Notes under the pieces: model-generated
The model's input: only the letters and a program-made list of their open reading frames with translations
Told to the model about the DNA's origin: nothing
The model's database searches: none
Origin: a virus
Taxonomy: Duplodnaviria; Caudoviricetes
Direction: 5' to 3' (one strand)
DNA: 27,835 nt
Virus record (IMG/VR): IMGVR_UViG_3300017774_004525
Span: 1 to 27,835 of that record
Shown here: one piece after another, positions 7,801 through 18,700 of the stretch
Numbering within the stretch: the stretch's first letter is position 1
Layout of the letters: each line of letters begins with the position of its first letter
Made by a program: the position numbers and the translations under genes

Positions 7801-10800
7801 GATACTTCATTAATCACACAAGAAAATACTAATGCAACTGGTCTAGTAGTTGGTGATATATTTTCATCCAGTAACTTTGTCTTAAGAAATGTAACTGGTA
7901 ATTTTAATATTTTTGATAAAGTAAATTCCAGTATACAAGTTATAAATTTAATCGTAGATACTGCCTCATTTTATACTGATCAATCTATTATCAAATTAAC
8001 AAACGGAAAAGAAGTAACTATTTTATCAATTAATAATAATATTTTACGTGTTGCGTTTAATCAATTTGCAAATGGTGACGGTGTTTCTATTGCTACTAAT
8101 ACCAACGGTATTCAGGGAAATAGAATTTATTATGTGATAAATGCAACGACAAATTCGTTTCAATTATCAAGTGTGCCAAATGGTGTTCCTATTAATTTAA
8201 TTAATGCTTCTACTGTAGGTGTTGTCGTAAATAGTGAAATTGCTCGTGGGATTATATTAGAAAATGTTGCTGCAGGAAATACAGTAAGAGTTAGAGTAAT
8301 TGATGGCAATTTTATTATAGGAAATTTATATTACTTGAAAAGTAATACTATTGATGACACCATTGGTAGTAAGATATTTAAAATAGATCAATTAAGTAAA
8401 AATGTAGAAATTTTTGAAATTGATGATAACATTGCTTTAGTAACTACTGATGCAAATCATAATATAACGGAGAATGATAAAGTAAATATAGACATTATTC
8501 CTGATGATGTTGTAACAACAACAAATTATTATGTGAGGAAAAGAATTTATCAAACGGTAAAACTATTTCAACCAACAATTAATACTACTATAAATGATAC
8601 TGGTATTGGGCTATTAAAAGTTTTAAATACTGGAGATAGTTATTCAAATGGGTTTTCTAGTGTTTTTTCTAATGTAGAATTAATATTTGCAGATCAAACT
8701 CGTTGTCGAAATATTAATGATTTACTTGTTTCCCCAGATAAGGCTTTTATTGGGTCTCCAGGCGCAGCAGGAAACGCAAGAGCAACTATAACTGTTATAA
8801 ATGGAAAAGTATCAGCAACTGGTGTAATAATTACAACCAAAGGAAGTAAATATAAAATTGGTGATATTTTAACTGTATCAAATCAAAGTCTTGCAAGAAT
8901 TAGTGGATCTCTTAGTAGTTCTTTTTTATACTTAGAAGTTGCTCATGTTGGTTTTGGTAGTTTACAGACAGAATTATTATTAACCGATATCGATGGTATT
9001 TCAGTCAATGATATTTTAAAAATAAATGAAGAATTAGTAAAAGTTACCGCAATACAAAGTGCTAGTTTATCTTCTCTGTCTGTAATTAGAGGTGTTTTAA
9101 ACACTACAAGAACAAATCATTTTACTAACACAACAGTTGTTTCTGATAAATCACAATATAATTTTATTAACGACTATAAAATTGGCGCTTCATCTGGAGA
9201 TGCTTATATTAAAGCGTATAACTCGGAAAATCAAGAATTGACAGTTGTGTATGATATAAATCAATCTTCAGAATCTATTAATAAATTATCTTTTTCTTTT
9301 ACATTTTTTGATAATAGTAGCCCAAGAAAATTAGTAAAAATTAATAGCGTAATATCAGAAGCTAATTATAAATTTGAATTTTCCAAATATAATGATTCTG
9401 GACCATGGATAAAAAATCCTATTTTAGAAATTCAAAAATATTACAAATATAAATTTATAACTAATCATCCTTCCTTATCTGGTTCTTTCCTAGAATTTTC
9501 ACCAAGTCAAAATAAAAATATTATTACTACAGAAACAGTTAAAGGAAACACTTTACCTGGATCAGGGACAATAAATTCTTCATATATTGAAATAAAATTA
9601 GGATTTGGTAGTGCAACTGCAAATAATACGTACACAACTAAGAAAAATTTAGATTTTGTATCTTACTATTATTACGATAAAGCAGGAATTATAGATTCTG
9701 AAAATAAATATCTGTCGGTTATTGACGATCCTTTACAAGGAGATAAAATAATAAATTATGTATCTCCAAAATCTTTCGCATATAGTTTAAAAAGAATTCC
9801 CGAATACGATGTTTCGGATCAGGTTTCTGCCTATGTTTCGGGTCAGGTTTCTGCCTATACTACATCTTCTTTATTTTCAGTGGGAGAAATAAATTCTATT
9901 TCAATTGATAATCCAGGAAAACTTTATAAAAAATTACCAAGAATTTTTGGTGTTATGCCAAATTTAAATTTTGAGTGTATATCCGAAGTTAATTATGACG
10001 AGGATACAAAAAAAATTATATCCATTTTAATAAAAAAATCTGGTAGTAATTATTCAAGACCAGCAGTTATTTTAATTACTACATCAAATAATATTCCAAA
10101 ATTCAATATTGTAAAAAATAATAATGGAGAAATTATTGCGATAATAATGGAAAAAAATAATTATACTTTTGATGAAAAACCATTAATTTATATTACAGAA
10201 ACTGACGTTGAAGCATATCTTTCAAGTGATAATATAGGAATACCAAAAAATATTCAAATATCATATAGTGGATCTAATTTTTATAATGATACTTCATTGT
10301 CTTCTTTATATACATCACATCAAATATTAACAATTTCAAATTTTAGTGATAACGCATTCTTAAATGGAGAAATTATAAAACAATATGAAAATCAAAATTT
10401 AATTGCTGAAGGAAAAATTGCATCTGATGGATATAAAAATGGTATTAACATTCTTAAAATAATTAATGTTTCTGGAGAATTCAAAGCAGGATATTCTATT
10501 ATAGGAAACATAAAAAGAAATACAGCAAATGTTTCTAAAGTATTTTACAATTTGTTTTCTTCTGAAATTAAATCATATTATGATAATGTCGGATATTATG
10601 ATACCGATAAAGGTCAATTATCTTCGAGTAGTCAAAAATTAGCAGATTCATATTTTTATCAAGATTATTCTTATGTAGTTAAATCTAAATCTCCAATAAA
10701 CATTTGGAGAAAATTAGTAAAACAAACTGTGCATCCATCTGGATTTAAGATGTTTGGTGAAGTTAGTATAGAAGCATCTGCTATTATAAGTATGCCAAGG

Positions 10801-13746
10801 GGGAATAATATCACCTCACATCTTACCGTAATAGAAATTTGGGATGATAAAATTAATAGAGTAAGTATTGAAAGTACAAAAAGAGTTATTACTCAATCTA
10901 TTTTAAAAATACAAGATACAAATATTCAAAGAGGAGTTGGAAGTGTTTTTGTTTCTGAATCAGATACTTCAGAAATGTTGGCATTCAATTTTAATTTACA
11001 GCAATCTTTTGATGGGTATTATAATGAGTCTGGCAATATAGTAGGCAGAAAATCTTTTAACATGATTATTCCAGGAAGTAATGGAATTTTGAATGTCGCC
11101 AACGTAAATAATTTAATAATTACAATAGATGGTATTATTCAAGAACCAGGAGTTGCTTTTACGGTTTCCAATTCTACTTTAACATTTGCACGAGCTCCAT
11201 TAGGAGAAAGAATTGCTAACGGACAAAATATTCAGCAACAAAAATTTGTTGGTAGAATGATTCGATTCAAAGAATCCCAATCTAATTCTTTATATTTTAA
11301 AAAAATACAAAATATAGAAAATCAATTTAATAATATCGAAACAAGATTTTCTTTATATTACGAAGATGGATCTAACGCTATATTACAATCTAAGGAGAAT
11401 TTAATTATTTCGTTAGATGGTGTATTACAGAATAATAAAATTACTCCGTTATTTCCATCTACATCTGCATATTATATTGATAGATCAGTAATTCCAAATC
11501 AGATAGTATTTGTAGACGCACCAAGAAAATTAAATGATCTAAACAAAACTAGATTCTTTGGATATAGCATAGGTAATTATGAAAAAATAAAAGTAGATGA
11601 AGAGTTATTTAATGGAAACACAACGGGTCCATTTTTACTCAGAGCAGTTTTTCAGAATAGACCTGTCAATTTAGATGATGACAAAACTATTCTTGTTTTT
11701 ATTGATGGAATATTACAAGTAAGAAATCGTGCATATACTATTTCTGGATCTAGCATTTATTTTTCACAAGCACCTTTTGCTGGACAAAAAATAAATATTT
11801 TATACTTATTTGGCAAAAAATCACAAAATGTATTAACTTTCTTCAATTTTGAAAATAATAGGTTTTTAAATATTACTGAAATTAGATTTGTCCAAAACGC
11901 AGCGGTACCATTTGGTGAATTTTACGAAGGTGCTACAGTGTATCAAGGACCTTCGTTAAAAACCGCTACTGCAGTTGGACAGGTAATAGATAGTAGCAAA
12001 AGTGGAATTCCCAGAATTATAATAAAACAAAACAATTTTAAATTCAATAAAAATGAAGATTTAAAAGTGTATCGCGAAAATATAGTTGATTTTGTGTTTC
12101 CATCAAATAAAATATTGATAGTTGTTGAATTTAACCAAGATGAAAATAAAAATGAATTAGTTTATGATGCTTTAAAACCTTCTTGGTTAAGAAACCTGCA
12201 AGTATATCCACGTAGATATAGAAATATTGATGTTGAAGATCAAATAAAAATTGATGGAGAAAATGATTTTCGAAAAATAACTGCTACACCATTAGAATTA
12301 AAAAAAATAGGTCATAGAAGCCAAGATATTATTTCGAATAATCATTTTGGATCAATTTCAGTAACTGAATATAATGGAGTTTCCTCTGGAATTGGATTGA
12401 GTGTTGTTGCTAATATATCAAATGGAAAAATTTCTTCTTTGATGTGGAATAAAAGAGATTATACAGATATAAAAAAAGTTAGTCAATCAAGTGCTTATGG
12501 ATATATTAATACTTTAGAATTAATTTTTGTACCACAACCAACTAGAGATTCTTATGGTAATATAACAGGACCTGTTTTTGGGGGTGGAGCTTCTGGATAC
12601 GCAATTACTAACAATAGCGAAGTAATTGATGTAGTACTAACAAATCCAGGAAGTGAATATTTAGTACCACCTAAAATTTATGTAACAAAAAAATATGACA
12701 TTGTAAAATCTTTACGAAATATTGTCACTTCAATAACAAATTTATTTTTATCGTCTGAAATTTTTACAGGAGATAGCACAATTTATAGAGTTAACATAAT
12801 TTCTCCAGATAAAATTGTATTATCTCCAAGTATGATATCTATTTCAGATCTCAGATCTGATTATAAATCAACAGATATTACAGTTACTATTACACCAATT
12901 CCAAAAGTTGTAGCAATAAGCAATATTATAGATACACAAATCTTCCTTATTTACGCTACTAATGAAACACCAAGAATTGTTACTATTACTGAATCATTTA
13001 GAGAAATTACATCTATTATCTATTTGGATTTACATATTGTTACAATAGTATCATCCACAAGAGAATCAATTCAAACTTTAGAATTTGGAATAGTTGACAC
13101 TATGGCAGATGACTTACGAGCAGATAAGTACTCACAAGGAAAACTAGGGAATAGATTTAGAGTATTTGAGGACAATAAATTTATAGATACTGGATATTCG
13201 GGTGAAAGTAAATTTACTTTAGGAGAATTAGATTTATACTATCCATCATTAACAATAGAAGATATTGAAAATTATTACGAAACTTCTTTCACAAAAACTA
13301 AAGAATTGTGGACAGTTTATATACCGTCAATTCAAGAATATGGAGCAATTTTAGACATCTCTTTATCTGTAGCATCAGTGGGTGGTTATGATAATATCAG
13401 TGGATTCCTTGGTCAAAATAATCTTGTCTTAGTTGCTGGCGCATACACTATAACTGTAAATGTTGCTTTAGATGGGATAGTTACTTTAGTTAGTGCAGAT
13501 TTAGGAGCACCTTCTGGTCTTTATATTACTCCTGGAGGTACACGGTTTATCTACAATCTTGCCGATACTATTGTTTACATACCAAATACTTCTCGATTCT
13601 CTTCAACAGGAAAACTACTTATTGGAGACGAAATAGTTACTTATACTTCAAAACTGTCTGACCGTTTTATTGGTGTTACTAGAGGAGAAGAAAATACTAC
13701 TATACAAACACACAATGCAGGTGATTATTTGAGAAGCATAGTATAA
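4843..13746 (+). CDS. gp7: Large baseplate wedge initiator (gp7-like), 2967 aa, multi-domain
   Basis: N-terminal QLPEFI..EYP.F..FL..YYE and LIKNIK.FY..KGT..S..F.F; later DSYFYQDYSYVVKS....W...VK..VHPSGF..FGE; position between gp6 and gp8; contains a YHYH-like domain and many beta-repeat modules. Confidence 0.85.
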   Translation: MATIQKRISTLVNQQLPEFISGEYPKFASFLQKYYEQLELTGQPLDIIQNLTKYNDIDTYEKDILSEFTILTSNVSATASTIQVTDTYAFPETNGYVMIDDEIIFYASKTSTSFLNCKRNLSGTTKLGDLYNASVYKTVASHDLTTGFQHIGGEQAFNISNLFLYAFVKNYESEYLASFPEESLKPEVDKRTLIKNIKQFYRAKGTDQSIEFIFNSIVAQEASDIPSIYYPKDNTLKTSTSNWINKYALRVKIISQINPNDIPLLIGQKLIQEEDIFNSNIKNSFGIIDNILFLGNYDNESIYEIVISPNSIVGEFQVAQKTFLTKRLSPSSTTDNRINVFSTTGWRNVNGKLKIGNEIISFKDKNVNQFIIENRTGNGDYPVNTPVYNYSNLTAEYEKNGNIEKTTFLALGVLYSVKASSNIPYSSEGDVIQISDTGFETRNPIIFNKANSSIRWDINNNYTTSNITGLTETLINISAIYEDDQYYYIASSGYPEYSIGNFANLSPKDQKHLKLIKKESVRNTELYYTDTRDIGIFLNGVLAYGYKDYYENDVIFGGITNISINQSGKGYANAPYVLISGDKGASAKAILSGDVVEKIEIIFPGEKYEVNPNVTITSGRGAVIEATVTKDKVTQLTIVSPGEYYSSPPRIIITDKLGYGRLAEYTAIISSDGKLIGTNKITEGKFYSQENIEVIILPIGVGATATAFTKRWKKNRYEILKNNIDSNSGYLFENIEKSFGYGYAHIGNPISLRNILGDTDSSRHSPILGYAYDGNPIYGPFGYTNPINPNSLIKRIETSYRLNTSRVGGPLITQFPLGSFIEDYRYQHRFGDVDENNGRYCITPDYPDGVYAYFLTVNQNNVSVFPYILGDKYYSLPVESNYTSNVSQINIPLNARRLRTQSIPKNGVGASAIIETTKEGNVSSAIVTASGNTFSVGCNVIVDNTGTNGNGCVAQVSSLKGKNILSIESNQTKAIKIESKSPVYFYDTSLITQENTNATGLVVGDIFSSSNFVLRNVTGNFNIFDKVNSSIQVINLIVDTASFYTDQSIIKLTNGKEVTILSINNNILRVAFNQFANGDGVSIATNTNGIQGNRIYYVINATTNSFQLSSVPNGVPINLINASTVGVVVNSEIARGIILENVAAGNTVRVRVIDGNFIIGNLYYLKSNTIDDTIGSKIFKIDQLSKNVEIFEIDDNIALVTTDANHNITENDKVNIDIIPDDVVTTTNYYVRKRIYQTVKLFQPTINTTINDTGIGLLKVLNTGDSYSNGFSSVFSNVELIFADQTRCRNINDLLVSPDKAFIGSPGAAGNARATITVINGKVSATGVIITTKGSKYKIGDILTVSNQSLARISGSLSSSFLYLEVAHVGFGSLQTELLLTDIDGISVNDILKINEELVKVTAIQSASLSSLSVIRGVLNTTRTNHFTNTTVVSDKSQYNFINDYKIGASSGDAYIKAYNSENQELTVVYDINQSSESINKLSFSFTFFDNSSPRKLVKINSVISEANYKFEFSKYNDSGPWIKNPILEIQKYYKYKFITNHPSLSGSFLEFSPSQNKNIITTETVKGNTLPGSGTINSSYIEIKLGFGSATANNTYTTKKNLDFVSYYYYDKAGIIDSENKYLSVIDDPLQGDKIINYVSPKSFAYSLKRIPEYDVSDQVSAYVSGQVSAYTTSSLFSVGEINSISIDNPGKLYKKLPRIFGVMPNLNFECISEVNYDEDTKKIISILIKKSGSNYSRPAVILITTSNNIPKFNIVKNNNGEIIAIIMEKNNYTFDEKPLIYITETDVEAYLSSDNIGIPKNIQISYSGSNFYNDTSLSSLYTSHQILTISNFSDNAFLNGEIIKQYENQNLIAEGKIASDGYKNGINILKIINVSGEFKAGYSIIGNIKRNTANVSKVFYNLFSSEIKSYYDNVGYYDTDKGQLSSSSQKLADSYFYQDYSYVVKSKSPINIWRKLVKQTVHPSGFKMFGEVSIEASAIISMPRGNNITSHLTVIEIWDDKINRVSIESTKRVITQSILKIQDTNIQRGVGSVFVSESDTSEMLAFNFNLQQSFDGYYNESGNIVGRKSFNMIIPGSNGILNVANVNNLIITIDGIIQEPGVAFTVSNSTLTFARAPLGERIANGQNIQQQKFVGRMIRFKESQSNSLYFKKIQNIENQFNNIETRFSLYYEDGSNAILQSKENLIISLDGVLQNNKITPLFPSTSAYYIDRSVIPNQIVFVDAPRKLNDLNKTRFFGYSIGNYEKIKVDEELFNGNTTGPFLLRAVFQNRPVNLDDDKTILVFIDGILQVRNRAYTISGSSIYFSQAPFAGQKINILYLFGKKSQNVLTFFNFENNRFLNITEIRFVQNAAVPFGEFYEGATVYQGPSLKTATAVGQVIDSSKSGIPRIIIKQNNFKFNKNEDLKVYRENIVDFVFPSNKILIVVEFNQDENKNELVYDALKPSWLRNLQVYPRRYRNIDVEDQIKIDGENDFRKITATPLELKKIGHRSQDIISNNHFGSISVTEYNGVSSGIGLSVVANISNGKISSLMWNKRDYTDIKKVSQSSAYGYINTLELIFVPQPTRDSYGNITGPVFGGGASGYAITNNSEVIDVVLTNPGSEYLVPPKIYVTKKYDIVKSLRNIVTSITNLFLSSEIFTGDSTIYRVNIISPDKIVLSPSMISISDLRSDYKSTDITVTITPIPKVVAISNIIDTQIFLIYATNETPRIVTITESFREITSIIYLDLHIVTIVSSTRESIQTLEFGIVDTMADDLRADKYSQGKLGNRFRVFEDNKFIDTGYSGESKFTLGELDLYYPSLTIEDIENYYETSFTKTKELWTVYIPSIQEYGAILDISLSVASVGGYDNISGFLGQNNLVLVAGAYTITVNVALDGIVTLVSADLGAPSGLYITPGGTRFIYNLADTIVYIPNTSRFSSTGKLLIGDEIVTYTSKLSDRFIGVTRGEENTTIQTHNAGDYLRSIV
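9811..9858 (+). repeat. In-frame 24-bp tandem duplication inside gp7 (VSDQVSAY / VSGQVSAY)
   Basis: gtttcggatcaggtttctgcctat (9811-9834) and gtttcgggtcaggtttctgcctat (9835-9858): 23/24 identical. Confidence 0.95.
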
Positions 13747-13750
13747 GCAG

Positions 13751-13764
13751 TATAAATATAAATA
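13751..13764 (+). promoter_or_regulatory. Two overlapping T4 late promoters (TATAAATA at 13751 and 13757)
   Basis: TATAAATATAAATA in the gp7-gp8 intergenic gap; both copies match the consensus exactly. Confidence 0.88.
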
Positions 13765-13797
13765 ACTCAGAATTAAAAAACTAGAAAAGAGACGCTT

Positions 13798-15675
13798 ATG
13801 ACAGCCATCATATCTGAAAATTTTAGAATTCTTAATGCGAAAAATTTTTTAGAATCACTAGCAGAAGGTTCTAGTTTAACAGAAGCAACTTCTGATGAAA
13901 GAACAAAAACTTATTTCTTTGTTGGTAGACCACAAAGATGGTCTAGTTATTTAGAAATTTATAACGCAAGCGGAAGTTTTCAAGTAGGAGAAAGAATATT
14001 TGTTAGTGGAGCTGGATATTCTGTATCTAGTACGCCATTTGGAGCATTGGTCGAGGCAGTGTTTGAAAATGTTTTAGTAGTAACTAACATTATTCCTGCA
14101 GCTTCTGCTACACCATCAATGGGCGCAACAATTAGTGGTAACATTTCAAATACAACCGCAAAAGTTGGTATATACCGATACGGTACTGACGAAACACCAG
14201 TTAGACCATTTGATAATCAAACAGAAGCTTTTGAAATTCATAATGACATGATTTCAATGAAAAGAATTGCATCTGATCAAGTTAGAGCAGTTGCAAGAAG
14301 GTATAACTGGAATCCTTCTCTGAATCCAAAATTTGATATGTGGAGACCAGACTATTCTGCCTCCAATATTGCACAAGTAGATCCAGATGGATCTGGTGTT
14401 GGTCTTCCTTCTCAAAATCTAACGAATGCAAAATTTTATGTAATTAATAATAATTACGAAGTTTGGAAATGTCTTTTTAATGGAACTAGCGAATCTACTC
14501 CAACTGGTATAGTTGCATCGTTAGAGCCAACTACTACTCCAGCACCATCAGGATCGGGAGTTTATGATTCTGCTACAGGAATTTTTACAGAATTTCCTAC
14601 TGTAGCAAATGGATATGTTTGGAAATATTTGTATACTATTCCAACAAGTGATGTTATACGATTTTTATCAACAGATTTTATTCCTGTTGCAAATAACACT
14701 ATCGTGCAAACATTAGCAAGTGCACAAGCAGGATCTATTACAACTATTATTATTTCATCGGTTGGGGCAAATCTTCCTACTAGTCAATTATTATTTTCTA
14801 AAATTTTAGGTGATGGAACAGGAGGAATAGTTGCGATTCAAACAAATTCTTCAGGAAATATTAGTAGCGCGTATCTGTGCAATTCAAGTGGTCAACGAGT
14901 AAATATTAGTGGATCTGGATATTCATATGCCAATATTATTTTGAAAAATGGATATTTGTTTAGTAATGCAACTTTAGCAACTCCAGTTGTAGTTGCTGCT
15001 AATGCAACAGGATTTATTAGTGTCGTGGTTCCTCCAAGAAATGGACATGGATCTGATCCAATTAGTGAATTGTCAGCAAAAAGAATTATGGCCAACGTTA
15101 GATTAACATATTCTGAAGGTCAAGGAGATTTTCCAGTTGACAATGATTTTAGAAGAATTGGAATTATAACTAATCCTAAATTACCTGCACCATCGCTTGA
15201 GTTTGCAACTCAAGAATCATTATCTGGATTATATGCGTTAAAATTAAACAATGTTTCTGTTGGATTTGTTACTGATGAGTATATTAAACAGGAAATATCA
15301 ACTGGAAAATTTGCAATTGGATCTGTTGTGTCTTGGATTTTTGATGAAGTGCCAATTGGACAGACTGCTTCATCTGGAATTTTGAAGTATTTCCAAGAGC
15401 CAAACACTCATAAAAATAATGGAGTAGTAAATAAATTTGTTTCTGATGCATCAAAACTAATAACAGGACAAACTTCTTTGATTACTGGAAATATTGAAAC
15501 TACATATTCAACAGGTGGCGCAATATTGCCATTGTCGGGACTATCATTCATAAATGGATTGGCGCTTCCAGAAATTGCAAAATATTCGGGAGATATTGTT
15601 TACATCGAAAACAGAAGACTTATTACAAGAGCTCCAGATCAAATTGAAGATATTAAATTAGTTATTGAATTTTAA
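13798..15675 (+). CDS. gp8: Baseplate wedge subunit gp8 (625 aa)
   Basis: MTAIISENFRI.NA..F, Y.FVGRPQ.W, FYV.N.NY.V.KCL.NG, GY.WKYLYTI, NDFRRIGII.NP and the C-terminal YSG.I.YIENR..I.R..DQ.EDIK..IEF are T4 gp8-family motifs. Confidence 0.93.
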   Translation: MTAIISENFRILNAKNFLESLAEGSSLTEATSDERTKTYFFVGRPQRWSSYLEIYNASGSFQVGERIFVSGAGYSVSSTPFGALVEAVFENVLVVTNIIPAASATPSMGATISGNISNTTAKVGIYRYGTDETPVRPFDNQTEAFEIHNDMISMKRIASDQVRAVARRYNWNPSLNPKFDMWRPDYSASNIAQVDPDGSGVGLPSQNLTNAKFYVINNNYEVWKCLFNGTSESTPTGIVASLEPTTTPAPSGSGVYDSATGIFTEFPTVANGYVWKYLYTIPTSDVIRFLSTDFIPVANNTIVQTLASAQAGSITTIIISSVGANLPTSQLLFSKILGDGTGGIVAIQTNSSGNISSAYLCNSSGQRVNISGSGYSYANIILKNGYLFSNATLATPVVVAANATGFISVVVPPRNGHGSDPISELSAKRIMANVRLTYSEGQGDFPVDNDFRRIGIITNPKLPAPSLEFATQESLSGLYALKLNNVSVGFVTDEYIKQEISTGKFAIGSVVSWIFDEVPIGQTASSGILKYFQEPNTHKNNGVVNKFVSDASKLITGQTSLITGNIETTYSTGGAILPLSGLSFINGLALPEIAKYSGDIVYIENRRLITRAPDQIEDIKLVIEF

Positions 15676-15715
15676 GTTACATTACGAGTATAATATAAAC
15701 TTCAGATGAATAGAA

Positions 15716-18700
15716 ATGCCACAAAAGATTAATCTAAACACTAAAGAATATAATGATGATTTTGAATCGTCTAAAAATTTCTATAAGGTAATTTTTAGAC
15801 CAGGATATTCTATTCAAACCAGAGAATTGACTACACTACAGTCAATTCTCCAAAACCAAATTGAACAATTTGGAAAATATCAATTTAAACAGGGACAACA
15901 AATAATTCCAGGTGAAATATCATTTAATAACAAATTACCATACGTAAAATTATCTTCTGTTTCCGAAGTTGCTGAGAATGTAGGAGGAGAAATAAAATTC
16001 AATAAGTATGACATTAAAAATTTAATTGGATTAACTTTAACTGGATTAAATTCCAATGTGCAAGCTATCGTAGTAGAAACAAATTATGCATCAGAAACAG
16101 AATCAGACACGATTTATGTAAACTATATTAGTAGTGGCGACAGTAGTGAAAAAACTTTTCGACAAGGAGAAGAATTAGAAGTAAACATTGCAAATAGTCC
16201 TAGATTAGTAGTTGGCACTGATAGTAGTTCTTTACCAAGTAAAATTATAACAATAAATCCAGATACTCTTGCTGCAACAGAAATTGCAAGTCCAGCAATG
16301 GGATTTGCATCTGCAGTACAAGTTGTAACTGGAATTTATTTTGTAAATGGATTTTTTGTGCAAAACGAAGAATCTCTTTTGATTGTAGACAAGTATAATA
16401 CACAACCTTCTAAAAAAATTGGATTTGTAATTTTAGAAGAAATCGTGACCCCAGAAAAAGACACTACATTATACGATAATGCTAGAGGATTTTCTAATTT
16501 TACTGCGCCTGGAGCACACCGTTTAAAAATTGATTTGAAATTGCAAGCGTATGATTTAGATCAATTAACTGATGATAATTTTATTGAATTACTAACTTTA
16601 AGATTAGGAGTAAAACAAAATAAAGTAACTAACAAAAGTTACAATGAAGTTGAAGAAACTTTAGCAAGAAGAACTTATGACGAATCTGGTGATTATGTTG
16701 TAGACAATTTTCCAGTAGAAATTAGAGAATATCTACAAAAAAACGAAAATCAAGGAATTTATCCACTTCGAGTAGATGGAAAAGTTGGTCCAGATGAATT
16801 TACAGAATTAGAAGCAGAGACAAAAATTCTTGCTGGATTAGGATCTGGAAAATCTTATGTAAGAGGATATGAAATTGCAAACAAGGAAACAAAATTTATT
16901 AAGGTAGATAAAGCACGAGATTCGTTAGTTAAAGAAAATAACAGAATTAAAACTTATGGGTTGCCTTCATTCAATATTACCAATGTTTATGGCACTATTC
17001 CATTAAATAATGAAGGAGAGCAATTAACAGCATATCCAACTGTTTATTTTTCATCAGTATTTAACGACGGATATCTTGGATACAATGGAGACTATGTAAC
17101 TAGAAAAACTTTATCTAGAAGATCACAAACATTAAAGTCTCTAGCAAAAACAAATTTATTTCATGATTATGCAATAAAAACAATTTACATAAAAGCAAAA
17201 TCACCATCAGCAGATTTTAGTTTTATCTTGGGGCAAAAATTATATTATGTTTCTAACTTAGGTCAAAATTTAGCATTAACAGCTGTAAATTATGTTGAAG
17301 TAATTGCATATTCTATTGTCGAAAGACTAACAGATTTGGGAGGGGGCGATCTTTATTTAGAATTAACTGTTTTAGGCAATAAAAGAGATTTACATGATAA
17401 ATTTTTAGAATATGATAATGCAGATTTTACACCAGCAGCATTGGGATCTTCATCGTCAACCGTTGATACGAAAAGAAAACAATTATTTTATAAAACATTA
17501 ACTAGTACTACAGATAATGGAGGATTTAATGCGCAGAATTATTATTGGCAATCAACAGGTGCTCAAATAGCGGTTGATAAAATTGAATATGAGTTGAGAG
17601 TAGTTGGCACCACCAATACTTATGTTGGTAAAGTGACTACTTTAACTGCACATGGATTGTCCGCAGGTAGTGCTGCAACAATATCTAATGCTCTCCCTGG
17701 TGTTTATAATGTTTCTGGAGCAATTGTATCTAATGTAACAAGCAATTATTTTGAATATCAATTATCAGGAAATCCAAATTCTATTGCATCTGGTACTATT
17801 GTTTTAACGGTACCACTATCGTCGGTAAATGCAATTCTACCGTTTGGAGAAATTGTAGACTATAGTGATACTATTATTCCTTTAATTGGTTTTGCAAAAC
17901 CAAAAAATATTTCTTTAGTTGAAAGAGGTAGTGGATTCAATCAACAAACGGATAGAGTTATTTCTAAAGGAAGAGATTCTTTAGGAAATGTAAAGTATAA
18001 TAGTATTTTTAACTTAGAATATTTTAATCCTATTTTCTTTACAAAAATTATTACAGAAACTAAAATTAATATTGGATTTAGTGCTGGACAATATATTGTT
18101 GGATCAAGCAGTGGGGCATACGCGGTAATTGAAGGCACAGGAGATTCTACTTACAGTGCTTCGAATATAATATTTGTCAAAATGCTATCTGGAAATTTTA
18201 TTTCTGGAGAGACAATATCAGATGAATCTGGAAATAGTATTGAAATAGCGAAAGAAAATACATTATCTCATTTCATTGTTACTAAACGAGGCAGTGGTTA
18301 TTCACAAGCAAACGCAAGTATATCAACTAAGCCAATTTCTATAAATGGTAAAGCAATTGATGTTTCTGCAATTAAACCACAATTAGTTGGTGGTAAAGTT
18401 ATCAATATTTCTATAATTGATAAAAAATTATTATCAGAAGAATTTGTTTCTCCTCCTTCTGTTATTGTAAATAGTGATTCCACCCCAACCCAAGCAGCGG
18501 TTATAAAATCTGTTTTATTCAAAAATGTAATTACCACTTACACAAATGAAAACGTAAAATCACTATATTCTGAGTTTGGTAATGGAGCAGTAAATAAATT
18601 TACGGCGGATGTAGAAACTTTTGCTGAAAAGTTTTCCACAAGTAAAAACGTAACAAATTTAACTTTTTCTGGAGGAAAAGGAGAAAAAGTATTATTCTGT

